This document shows positions 34,166 through 46,448 of a stretch of 64,000 nucleotides of DNA, piece by piece. The stretch's first letter is position 1. Each line of letters starts with the position of its first letter. The notes under the pieces are model-generated. The model did not search any database. It was not told the origin of the DNA and was given only the letters and a program-made list of their open reading frames with translations. A program made the position numbers and the translations under genes. The DNA comes from Macrostomum lignano (lineage: Eukaryota), in the NCBI GenBank assembly GCA_002269645.1, contig NIVC01002157.1, forward strand, positions 124,001 to 188,000, in the 5' to 3' direction.

Positions 34166-34338
34166 AAGGAGAGGGGGGAAGTGAGAACAGACGAAATTGG
34201 AGAGGAGAGAAGAGAGGAGACAACAGAGAAGAGAGCTGAGCAGAGACAAACCTTGAGCGGCCCGGATTGCTATTGTGAAGTTTCAAAGGACCCGAGGGCT
34301 GGAACGGATCGAGAGGCTTCGCGGGCTTCTACTTATAG

Positions 34339-34666
34339 TAGCATGCAGCTAATCTATGCAGCACTACAGTGTGCTCTAATCCTACACGATGCACTCCGCA
34401 GACTGGCCTACGCGACAATGTCAAGCGCAGTGTACACAGTCCGGGTACTGATCTCCATGCTGCTAATGTTGGCTGTGATGACCTACAATGCGTGGATTTT
34501 CCTGTCAGTCGTGCTTGGCAGCGCTGTCGGCTACTTTTTGTCCCCGTTGGCGCGTCGGGCATTTCGCCCCTGCATTGCCGCCACCTTCTCCACTGCCGCT
34601 GCGGATGATGCAGCTGTTGACGTATTCACCACCTCTGCCAGCTCTGCGCATGAGCTCAATGACTGA
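34339..34666 (+). CDS. Ctr copper transporter, last exon (TM2-TM3)
   Basis: MLLMLAVMTYNAWIFLSVVLGSAVGYF contains MxxxM and GxxxG. Acceptor tatAG at 34338, phase 2 consistent; stop TGA at 34666. Confidence 0.9.
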
Positions 34667-34679
34667 CTAACCGGCTCAC

Positions 34680-35175
34680 TTGCTCACTCACGGACTTACT
34701 CACTGACTGACCTAGTGACTGACTGACTGACTGACTGACTGACCTAGTGACTGACTGACTGACTGACTGACTGACCTAGTGACTGACTGACCTAGTGACT
34801 GACTGACTGACCTAGTGACTGACTGACCTAGTGACTGACTGACCTAGTGACTGACTGACTGACTGACTCACTGACTCACTCACTGACTCACTGACTGACT
34901 CACTGGCTCACTCACTCACTCACTCACTGACTGACTCACTGACTGACTCACTTACTCACTGACTGACTCACTGACTCACTGACTCACTGACTGACTCACT
35001 GACTCACTCACTCACTCACTCACTGACTGACTCACTGACTGACTCACTGACTCACTGACTGACTCACTGACTCACTGACTCACTGACTGACTCACTGACT
35101 CACTCACTGACTCACTCACTGACTGACTGACTAGCTCACTCACTCACTCACTGACTGACTCACTGACTGACTGAG
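34680..35175. repeat. (GACT/CACT)n tetranucleotide microsatellite
   Basis: Direct inspection. Confidence 0.95.
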
Positions 35176-35749
35176 AATCTTGCAGTCAATCAGAAGAAAT
35201 AAGTTTTGATCGATAGAATTTACACTGTTATACGAATTCAAATTCTCCACACGAAATGCCGCAAGTGGCTCAGCAATTAAATTGCTTTGCTTGATTGATC
35301 GATTGGCAAAAATTCAATGCGATTGTTTTGCATATTTGTGATGTTAATTAGCTTGCCCTGCTGAATATTAATTGTCATTCTATTCTGTATGTAAAGACAA
35401 AATGCTTCGAGAGAAACAGTCACAATTCTTCCTTGCCTGATAATTCCAATCGCTTCTCTCTTGATGATGGATGATTTTGTAATACTAGTGCCTAACAAGC
35501 ATCAAGAATAGTTTTACTGTACTACTCATAAGTAGCAGCATTATGTGATTTTAACATTTGGATTTTTACACAAAATTCTCACTAGATTGTAAACATACAC
35601 TGTATTATGTTATTTAGATTAGATTTTTAAATATAATAGTGCGGTTATAATTAAAAATACATTCGCTGGTTCTGCCGGATATTTTTTCTACGCAATATAA
35701 CTTAAAATCTAAACATGGAATAACTTGTTCCCGACTCCTAATAGCTATT

Positions 35750-35987
35750 GCGCGGCGCACCTGAAGGCTGCGTACGGCTGTTCAGTCCAAGGACTGGGGG
35801 GGGGGGTCGCCACACACAGCCTCAATTACCCCAGCTAATGCTGGCACCCATTTTACGACTGGGTGAACTGAAGCAATGCAGAGTTAAGTGTCTTGCTCAA
35901 GGACACAAATTGTTTCGAGTGGGTTGGGAATCGAACCCCCGACCTTGAGTCATGAGTCCGACGCTCTAACCACTAGGCTACGACTCC
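35750..35987 (-). mobile_element. tRNA-derived CORE-type SINE
   Basis: A box TAGCCTAGTGG (35980-35970), B box GGTTCGATTCC (35937-35927), then TGTGTCCTTGAGCAAGACACTTAACTCT...CAGTT...GTAAAATGGG, resembling the CORE/MIR domain. Confidence 0.8.
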
Positions 35988-38900
35988 TGGCTAGAGGGGG
36001 AGAGAGATACGCTGCATAGATAGGCGTTGCTCAATGATCTGCTGTCGGCTGAAATCTAATGGAACCTACCCTTAGCTTGCTAATGTCAAATGAGAAATGG
36101 CCGGCGGCCTCTGTCTCATGCACAGCATGCGGCGGTAATGGTGTTTGACACTTGACAGCAAGTCAAGCGTGCAGGGAGGTAAGCTTAAACAATGTATTAA
36201 GCAAGGCAAGCAGTGGCGGTGTGGAGACGCCTGTGAAATATGATAGATGGAGCTGTTGTCAGGGAAGCTGGACTAGCCCAAGATTCACAGCATGCCTTGT
36301 TAAGGGGGGTTTTGAGTTGCTCAAATAAACACCGCCGCTCTACAAGCGCTCGTCTCTTTTTTAGGACCGATTTGACAGATCACTTGGGGTGGGGGCAGTC
36401 AGTGATCGATCGCCCCGTGCTGGTTGCGCGGGAAGAGGGGCACCCTCTCAATGATCAAAGCGCATCAGTTCTGCCGCACTGTTATGCAGTATGGCTGATT
36501 GCTAATGTATAGTTAAATAGAAGCTTCATTGTATATTGGGCCGATGATCAAAGGGGTTGTGCCGCTTCTTACGAGTAGTAGGGTAATTTTGAGCTACTCA
36601 TATTGAAATTGAAACCGAGCATTGCACTATACTCGGTAGCTACAGAGCAAATTCTGTTGACAGCTATCTAATCAATAGAAGGTTAATATGAAGCGATATT
36701 TTTAGCTAATGGCCAAGGTCACGACAGCTTCATATTAGCTGCATTGATTGAATCTTCTATGGTCCAAGATATAGTGAAGAGCACTGCTGCAACAGTCTTG
36801 TATTTGGGGGACTTGGGGAGAGACTTGGATGACGCAACCCCGCCAGCTCATTGTTTGGAGAGTGTACGGGCCCGGCTCTATATGAAGGCATAGGTACGAG
36901 TATTGTATTGTATAAGTGATTTCGAATAAATGATTCATCGCATTCGCAACCTGCACATACCTAATTTTGGGGGTATGTAGCGGATATGAGTAGAGGCTCA
37001 GATCAGTATAGGAAATTATTCAAATCCGCCTCTGAGTGCGCGCGTATCCACCTTTGCATATACTGTATACAACAATGTACATAATGTTAATGTACGTATA
37101 CAAGTAGACATAGAAGTAGACAATGTACATATAGAATTGGGAATTGATAGGGTTTATTGTAGTACATAGCAAGACTATAAACTAGATAAGTCACTCACAG
37201 TCGCCGCCGAAGCGCGAGAACCCTGGGGTTAAGACCATAGACTGTACGAGCTAGCTTCTAAGCTTCTGCTGCTCCCAAGCGTTTTGTTTGCAGCAGCAGC
37301 TAGTGCCTGTGGCTTAAACCCCGGGGTTTTCGAGGCCTTAGAGACGGCCGCTAAATAATATAGAATCTGTGGGTTAAGGCGTCACTTCATGTGACAAATT
37401 TTACAAATTTAACTTTTTTTGAGCTTCCGTGACACTAAGCTTTTTTGTAGGCAAGCATCGCTAAATACACGTAAAAAGCGAGCCTTCACAGACTCTGTAT
37501 TATTCTGTGCTCTATATACTCTATAACTCTATATAGTGGCCTTGTACCAGAGCCCAAGGCACTGCAAACCGCAGGAGTCGCTTAAAAACTCGGAGATTTT
37601 TTCCAAGAAACTTCAAGCAGGGGCCGCTGCGCCCCCCTTGACCTTCTCTGGATGAATCTTCTAATTGCTGTTAAGCAATAATCTCGATGTCAGTTGGGGC
37701 AGCTGCCTGTTCCGCGTTGGCCTGCATCTCCGTTGGCCTGACAATAGTCTTGCTGCTTACCATGACAAAACGTCACGTCAATCAGGTGGGGGATCTGCAT
37801 TCGTGCATTGCACAACAGAAGACTGCAGCTACAGCAGAAGCTCTTATGCAAAGACGAGAGGCAGCTCCACCCTAGCAGCTGCGTTCACTCACTCAGCAAC
37901 TTCTGCTGCCTGTCTTGATGCACCGTCTGTCAAAGGGCCGATGGCGCTGCCTACAACGCGCCCTCTCATTATTGACACCTCGAGTGCGGCTGGCCCTGAC
38001 AGGCAGGAGTGGCCTCTCTGTGTCTCCCACTCCACCTAATCCAGATCCTGTCCTGTCAGGGTATAAGCCACTTTTGAATAGAAGAGCTAGCTAGGACCGG
38101 GGCGCGCCTAAAAATGAAGAGGCCCTGTGTGACAGCAACCGATTGGGAGGAAACTTAAGGGATTATATCGCTTTTGCAGGTTGTGGCGTGCCGTTACACC
38201 GACCAGGCGCTAACTCCTCCCACTTCCCCTCTCTCATCTTCCTTCCTAGGCTACAGAAGGACTGGCAGATTGCTAGCGGTCCATCAGCCCAGCTGCATCT
38301 TCCTTCACAGCGTCTCCTCAACACCTCGACAATTCTCGCCGTTGCTTTTGACCACGCAGAGATGGGGGGAGGGTCAGGCTGCCTATTGATAGATTGCAGC
38401 GCCGCAACTATTGATGGAAGCACGAATGACGGCTTGATTGACACCCGGCTTTTGACAACGCTTTTTTATAAGATAGCTTTTTTATATGATGAGACGGCGC
38501 AGAGACTGCATGACAGTCAGGATCAGGGACTCCTCGTCTGCACGCGATGCCATGCGCCGCAAACAAACACCTCAATGAATGAGGGAACCAACAGCTAATT
38601 GTTGTTCCCCCCTGGCTTGCTAATGTCGCGGCAGCTGAGGCGTTTGAAATACGCTGATTTTATAGTTTTGGTTTTGGCGCCTATAGGCAGAGATTTCTTG
38701 CTTGTCTGGCAATGAGAGATACGAGTATATTAGATATATGCCAGTGCAAGCAGCAGTAGTCATTCAAAAAGGAAACCCTTTGATGCGGCACCACTTGTTA
38801 GTCAGCCTGCCTCATGAATTCTCATATAGCAAGCAACCAAATCAACCATGTTGATGCGTGGAGTGCTGAGATTCTATCAGCTAATTTTTTTGGATGAAGT

Positions 38901-39134
38901 CCTTTTGATGATGAAGCGATGAATTATCCACCGCGAGAACCTCGGAGAGGCTTGAGCCAAATTTTTAGTTGCTGAATTTTCTTTTTGCCCGAGCTTATGC
39001 AGAAATTTCGATGACGCGGTGACAAATCGATGCACTCGTGTATTCTGACAGCTCGCAACTCATCAATCAGTCAGTGCTTGTATTCGCGATTTTGGCTGAA
39101 AGATTACTCCTACTAATTCCCACGCTATGGAAGG

Positions 39135-40262
39135 GTGAGATTTCCTCCCCTCAGTCTCATTCAACCCAGGCTGTTTAGGGGTGAGATTTCCGTCTCTTAG
39201 GCGTGAGATTTCCGCCTCTCAGTTTCATTCTTCTCAGGCTATTAAAGGGTGAGATCTCCACTCTTCAGTCTCATTCTTCTCAGGCTGTTTAGGGGTGAGA
39301 TTTCCGTCTCTTAGGGGTGAGATTTCCGCCTCTCAGTTTCATTCTTCTCAGGCTGTTTAGGTGTGAGATTTCCGTCTCTCAGTCTCATTCTACCTAATCT
39401 GTTTAGGGGTGAGATTTCTGTCTCTCAGTCTCATTCTACCTAATCTGTTTAGGGGTGAGATTTCCGTCTCTCAGTCTCATTCTACCTAATCTGTTTAGGG
39501 GTGAGATTTCCGTCTCTCAGTCTCATTCTGAATAATCTGTTTAGGGTGAGATTTTTGTCTCTCAGTCTCATTCTACCTAAGCTATTCAGAGGTGAGATTT
39601 CCGTCTCTCAGTCTCATTCTGAATAATCTGTTTAGGGGTGAGATTTCCGACTCTCAGTCTCATTCTACCTAATCTGTTTAGGGGTGAGATTTTTGTCTCT
39701 CAGTCTCATTCTGAATAATCTGTTTAGGGGTGAGATTTTTGTCTCTCAGTCTCATTCTGACTAATCTGTTTAGGGGTGAGATTTTTGTCTCTCAGTCTCA
39801 TTCTACCTAATCTGTTTAGGGTGAGATTTTTGTCTCTCAGTCTCATTCTACCTAATCTGTTTAGGGTGAGATTTCCGTCTCTCAGTCTCATTCTACCTAA
39901 TCTGTTTAGGGGTGAGATTTTTGTCTCTCAGTCTCATTCTACCTAATCTGTTTAGGGTGAGATTTCCGTCTCTCAGTCTCATTCTACCTAATTTGTTTAG
40001 AGGTGAGATTTCTGTCTCTCAGTCTCATTCTACCTAATTTGTTTAGGGGTGAGATTTCTGTCTCTCAGTCTCATTCTACCTAATTTGTTTAGGGGTGAGA
40101 TTTCTGTCTCTCAGTCTCATTCTACCTAATTTGTTTAGGGGTGAGATTTCCGTCTCTCAGTCTCATTCTACCTAATCTGTTTAGGGGTGAGATTTCCGAC
40201 TCTCAGTCTCATTCTGACTAATCTGTTTAGGGGTGAGATTTCCGTCTCTCAGTCTCATTCTA
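39135..40262. repeat. About 45-46-bp minisatellite (TTAGGGGTGAGATTTCCGTCTCTCAGTCTCATTCTACCTAATCTGT)
   Basis: Direct inspection. Confidence 0.95.
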
Positions 40263-40844
40263 CCCAATGTGTTTTCCAGTTCTGTGATTAAGGCTTGTGC
40301 TGGATAGGTTGCAAGGCCCGAAAACCAGTCAGCTATCATCAGCAGTAAAATTTGGACACCTCGACAGGTCTGTGTAATAAACAAAAATCAATTCTAACAC
40401 TTGCATGGTGGTCTATTTGCTCCAGGATAAACAGACAGCAACAGGTTTTGCTAATCCTAGCTGTTGGCGGCGTTGGTAGAGAGGCTTTGCTTTTTGCTTA
40501 ATTCTGCCTTATCGCTGACTATAAGATGATAGAAAAACGCCACAGGGGCCGAGACCGAGATGTCTAAACTCGATTGTCGGACGAATAGCAGTCGGTAACA
40601 GAGCGTATCAGGCAGTGTTCAGGTGAGAGGCTTACAGGATCAAAAACGGACACCGCCAAATCTGCTGGTGTCTGCAGCAGTCGGATCGGCCTGTGGTGAT
40701 AAAAATTGACTGCAAAATTAAGTGAAAGTCAGGTTAATGCAGACGTTGCATGGGCCGAGTGTGAATTTCAGGAATGTGTTGCGTTCACTTCACCATCAGG
40801 TTTCAAGGTTTCAAGCAAAAATAGTGATCACTCTGTGAATCGTA

Positions 40845-41312
40845 TCTAGAATCACTCTGTGAATCACACAGAGAATCACTCTGTGAATCACACAGAGAAT
40901 CACTCTGAATCACACAAAGAATTACTCTGTGAATCGTATCGAGAATCACTCTGTGAATCGTATCGAGAATCACTCTGTGAATCGTATCGAGAATCACTCT
41001 GTGAATCGTATCGAGAATCACTCTGTGAATCGTATCGAGAATCACTCTGTGAATCGTATCGAGAATCACTCTGTGAATCGTATCGAGAATCACTCTGTGA
41101 ATCGTATCGAGAATCACTCTGTGAATCGTATCGAGAATCACTCTGTGAATCGTATCGAGAATCACTCTGTGAATCATATCGAGAATCACTCTGTGAATCA
41201 CACAGAGAATCACTCTGTGAATCACACAGAGAATCACTCTGTGAATCATATCGAGAATCACTCTGTGAATCACACAGAGAATCACTCTGTGAATCACACA
41301 GAGAATCACTCT
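40845..41312. repeat. 24-bp minisatellite (GAGAATCACTCTGTGAATCGTATC)
   Basis: Direct inspection. Confidence 0.95.
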
Positions 41313-42819
41313 AGCAGGCAGCTGAGGTGACATTTAAATCAACAGAACGGAAGCTCTCATCCTTGTAATAAAACAATCAAAGAGCACCCCCCCTAAGCCA
41401 CAGCAAAGCAAATCTATGGGAAGTCCTTTCGATACTGCAGCGCAGCATGTGGGAAAAATTTCGGATCGCATTCCCCCTAATAAATCAAGTTCTTAAGGGG
41501 TGGGGGTTTATGGGGACCATGGCAATGGCAATAATAATTTTTCCTAACTGATTTACAATTCATTCAAAGCAATCTATAAATAAAAAGCCTAGTGGCGGTG
41601 GTGGGCCCATGAGGGAGGGGGTGCGGCGGTCCGCGCTTGCGAGTCAAAGCTAACAGTTGTCATACATCATAAACCTCGCGGCTTGGGCATTGAAGCAGAA
41701 ATTAGCTCTGTTTATTATATACAATAAATATACATAGTTCTACAGTTGCGGTTTGTTCAACAGTACTAAGGCCGGGGGCTATTTGTCAAGACTACAGCAA
41801 TTAGCCACCCCTTCTGTCTGTTTGCTTGCGAAGGGTGTTCTGTTCAAGACTTGATAGTTGCAACTGTCAACTATTACAGAAATTGGATTAAAATAGATAA
41901 ACAGAGGCTCGCTTTCGTGGTTGCTGTCCTGTCTTCTCTTTCCCTCTATCTATTTGCAACTCTGTTTGATCATTGCCGCCGCAGTGTTCGCTGGTCTGTG
42001 GGCAAGAGTTGAAATTTAACCAAAAAAATTCTTCACAATAATAATGCTGCTTCTAATCAGCTTTAACGGTTGGGGCTTCGCGCTGTCTGTCTGTCAAAAA
42101 TGTGAATATCAATGTGTTTTATCTCCATGTGTGTTGTCTCTCGGCCTCTGTGAACTTGTGGCGGCTAAACCGCCGCGCCCTGTCACTGTCACCCCCCCCC
42201 CTGTGCTGGAGATGACAGGCTGACAGGGCAGAGATACCGAGAGCCGCTTTCAAAGCAGTTTTGACAGGCGGTTTATCAAAAGCCCGACACACCAAAGCCG
42301 CACATCAGCTGGAGGCCGCCTTGAAAACTATAGTAGTCAACTAAGCAGAATTCTCAGCCGTTCTGTCAGAGAGCTGGCAGATAGGATCAGCCCCCCCCCT
42401 AAAGAGATTTCTTCCAGGGTTTGATTTCAGTGCAACGCGTGACAGTTAGTTTAGCCGCGCATTTTGCATTTTGCTTGTTGTGACAGCCAGCAATATTAGC
42501 TACCTCTTATTCTCTTAAAGATACCATGTTTTTCCTGCTTTTCCTATGCATAAGTCATACTGAATAGCGCAATAAAAACCTACTTACGAGTAGGCAAATA
42601 AAAATGATATATGATCCTAATGCTTACTAACAACTTGTTTACTAAGAATTGGGGTAAATAAGATTTTTATGCCTCCAAATCTGTGGGTAGGAGAACTTGG
42701 GAAGCCGGGTGAGTCACTGAAGATTTTTATACAGTTTACACTCGTAAATCCCCTAAACTTGCTTTGAGGCTACCAGGCTCAGTCCCGTCTCTGCAGGTTA
42801 ACTGCTAAATTCGGTGGGC

Positions 42820-43030
42820 CTGAATTGCCCCCCCATTCCCCTGAATTGACCCCCATTCCCCTGAATTGACCCCCATTCCCTAAATTGACCCCCATTTCCC
42901 TAAATTGACCCCCCATTCCGCTAAATAGGCTCCCATTCCCCTAAACTGACCCCCATTCCCCTGAACTGACCCCCATTCCACTGAATTGACCCCCATTCCA
43001 CTGAATTGAGTCCCATTCCCCTGAGTTAAC
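42820..43030. repeat. About 20-bp minisatellite (GAATTGACCCCCATTCCCCT)
   Basis: Direct inspection. Confidence 0.9.
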
Positions 43031-43904
43031 CCTTCCCCGAATCCCATGAGTTGCCCCCCAGCATGACATGGGCCCGATCCCAGCATCACAACCCCAACCT
43101 CATACATATTTTACATCCTGATCCCAACATTTCTGAACTGCTTCAATCCCGGATGCAAACGAATCGAGCCCCTGTCCGCCTAAGCTTTGTCCTCCCCCCT
43201 CCCAGCTCCATCCATTAAATAATCGGACCATCTTTACAAGGCAGGCCGGATATCCCCCCATCTTGTCTTGTCAAGCGGGAGACAGCACTGGACTCTCCCA
43301 ATCCTCCGATGCAGTGCGGTCCCCTGAACCGCCCTGGGCGGGTCATAAGCCGACTTTATAGCCTCAGACTGGCAGAACTAGAATATTATTGCCTCCCCAC
43401 TAAGCCAAAGCGCCCCCTCCCAGCACCAACATAAGTTTGCGGCTCAAAATGTTTATACGATCCCCCGCTGACGGGACCGGCCATCGCGAAAACCCTCGAG
43501 TCCGATCGTTCTTCCCCTCCCCCCTCCCCCTTCCGCCCGTGTATTATTAGCTATGTATACACGTTGCTGTGCGATAATATAACTTGAGTTATATATTATT
43601 ATTATTGGCATGCAAATGCTCGCTTTGGTGGGCTCGTGTTTATTGCCCCCCCCTCCCAACCCCCGCGAATGCACCAGCGGGAGTCATAAATTGCATTTAT
43701 GCTCCAAGCTATAAGCCAGCCAGCAGCGCGGCTTCTTTGAAGCAGTCAATAATGCATGCGTATGCATACTTGGGAGATGAAGGCTTGCAGTGCAGCTGAA
43801 TGTAACACTGAGAGATTAGAATGGCAGTCGGTGATAATGTTGTTCTAAATTGCATGGCTTATTCGAGTGTAAACTTACGAACTAAAAACGAAAGGATCCA
43901 GAAG

Positions 43905-44165
43905 GTAACTATAGAGACTTGTCTATGGTTATTTATCTAGAGACTTGTCTATGGGTATTATAGACTTGTCTATGGATATTCTAGAGACTTGTCTCTGGTT
44001 ATCTAGAGACTTGTCTATGGTTATCTAGAGACTTGTCTATGGTTATCTAGAGACTTGTCTATGGGTATTATAGACTTGTCTATGGGTATTATAGACTTGT
44101 CTATGGATATTCTAGAGACTTGTCTATGGTTATCTAGAGACTTGTCTATGGTTATTTATCTAGAG
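43905..44165. repeat. About 22-bp minisatellite (TAGAGACTTGTCTATGGTTATC)
   Basis: Direct inspection. Confidence 0.9.
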
Positions 44166-45111
44166 AATTACCTAGAATACCTTGAATTCACAGTTTGAAT
44201 TTACACAATTTGATACACTACAGTATACAAGCAAGTAAAAGTACAATTCAATAAAATAATTTCAGGAATCGGCGGTGCAGCCCCGTCTCGCGTTCTCGTC
44301 GGCTCTTTGAGCCAATAATTCAAAGCGGCCCCGCCTGATGTGTCCGTCTGTCTGTGTGCGTGCGCGGTCCCAGGGCCCGCCTGTCCGCCTGTCTGTCAGC
44401 GGGTCAGCTGTCTGATTGATCGGCGTTGCGTCCTTCGGAGGCGCGGTGCCCTCGCAGATGCGGAATGATGAATTGAGCGTTACTGACTGGCTATCCCCAC
44501 CCACAACAACTGCACAGACGGCGCTGCGGCTCATCTAATGGTAGCCGCCAGCCCACCCGCCAATCCAGCTTTTCTTTGTATTTCTTGGCAGTTTTGCATT
44601 TTGCGGCATTTCAAAAAGCAAGCGAACCGCCAGCGCGAAGCAACAGTCCACAGTCAGTTCCTGTGTGCACTGCGCCTGTCTGCGTGTGCCGCGGTGCCCA
44701 AGCCATCCATCACTCACTTCACCCTCCTCTCTCTCTCTCTTTCTCTCTGATATGCCTGCCCGCTTCCGCCACCCTGTCTGTCCGTCTGGTGTTTGCAGCG
44801 TTGAAGCTCCCCCTTGGCTGCTCCTGCCTCCTATCCTATGATGCTATGCTTGGTTGCTGTCGACTCCTGATCACCGGCTTGATTGACCGATCGCTTGTCA
44901 TCGGTCGTCCTGCCCGGGCCTCTCTCTCTCTCCCTCTTTTCCCTCCTGCTCATTACATTTTTTGCTGAATAAATGCTTAATTGGAATGGCCTGCTATTGA
45001 TAGATGGATAGGCAGCTGGATTGGAGGCTGTGAGACCGTTTCGGAATCAGAATTCTGAGAAGGATCTCACAAAATCCCTGCTCAAAATGGAGTTTCACGA
45101 GGGCATTTCTG

Positions 45112-46448
45112 GGTGTCAGTTTGGTTGATGGTTTCTCAGATGCTGTGGTGTCAGTTTGGTTGATGGTTTCTCAGATTCTGTGGTGTCAGTTTGGTTGATG
45201 GTTTCTCAGATGCTGTGGTGTCAGTTTGGTTGATGGTTTCTCAGATGCTGTGGTGTCAGTTTGGTTGATGGTTTCTCAGATTCTGTGGTGTCAGTTTGGT
45301 TGATGGTTTCTCAGATTCTGTGGTGTCAGTTTGGTTGATGGTTTCTCAGATTCTGTGGTGTCAGTTTGGTTGATGGTTTCTCAGATGCTGTGGTGTCAGT
45401 TTGGTTGATGGTTTCTCAGATGCTGTGGTGTCAGTTTGGTTGATGGTTTCTCAGATTCTGTGGTGTCAGTTTGGTTGATGGTTTCTCAGATGCTGTGGTG
45501 TCAGTTTGGTTGATGGTTTCTCAGATGCTGTGGTGTCAGTTTGGTTGATTGTTTCTCAGATTCTGTGGTGTCAGTTTGGTTGATGGTTTCTCAGATTCTG
45601 TGGTGTCAGTTTGGTTGATGGTTTCTCAGATTCTGTGGTGTCAGTTTGGTTGATGGTTTCTCAGATTCTGTGGTGTCAGTTTGGTTGATGGTTTCTCAGA
45701 TGCTGTGGTGTCAGTTTGGTTGATGGTTTCTCAGATGCTGTGGTGTCAGTTTGGTTGATGGTTTCTCAGATGCTGTGGTGTCAGTTTGGTTGATGGTTTC
45801 TCAGATTCTGTGGTGTCAGTTTGGTTGATGGTTTCTCAGATGCTGTGGTGTCAGTTTGGTTGATGGTTTCTGAGATTCTGTGTTGTCAGTTTGGTTGATG
45901 GTTTCTCAGATGCTGTGGTGTCAGTTTGGTTGATGGTTTCTCAGATGCTGTGGTGTCAGTTTGGTTGATGGTTTTCTCAGATGCTGTGGTGTCAGTTTGG
46001 TTGATGGTTTCTCAGATGCTGTGGTGTCAGTTTGGTTGATGGTTTCTCAGATTCTGTGGTGTCAGTTTGGTTGATGGTTTCTCAGATGCTGTGGTGTCAG
46101 TTTGGTTGATGGTTTCTCAGATGCTGTGGTGTCAGTTTGGTTGATGGTTTCTCAGATTCTGTGGTGTCAGTTTGGTTGATGGTTTCTCAGATGCTGTGGT
46201 GTCAGTTTGGTTGATGGTTTCTCAGATGCTGTGGTGTCAGTTTGGTTGATGGTTTCTCAGATTCTGTGGTGTCAGTTTGGTTGATGGTTTCTCAGATTCT
46301 GTGGTGTCAGTTTGGTTGATGGTTTCTCAGATTCTGTGGTGTCAGTTTGGTTGATGGTTTCTCAGATGCTGTGGTGTCAGTTTGGTTGATGGCTTCTCAG
46401 ATGCTGTGGTGTCAGTTTGGTTGATGGTTTCTGAGATTCTGTGTTGTC
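45112..46448. repeat. 35-bp minisatellite (GGTGTCAGTTTGGTTGATGGTTTCTCAGAT[T/G]CTGT), about 38 copies
   Basis: Direct inspection; two alternating variants. Confidence 0.97.

Noticed and set aside
35927-35987. tRNA gene
   Set aside because: A and B boxes are present but the anticodon and acceptor stems do not pair, and it continues into a CORE-like body; it is a SINE head.
37687-37875. 62-aa ORF with a hydrophobic stretch
   Set aside because: Short, no family motif, no consistent neighbouring exons.
39135-40262. TTAGGG(G) words suggesting interstitial telomeric repeats
   Set aside because: One occurrence per 45-bp unit, not a contiguous telomeric tract.
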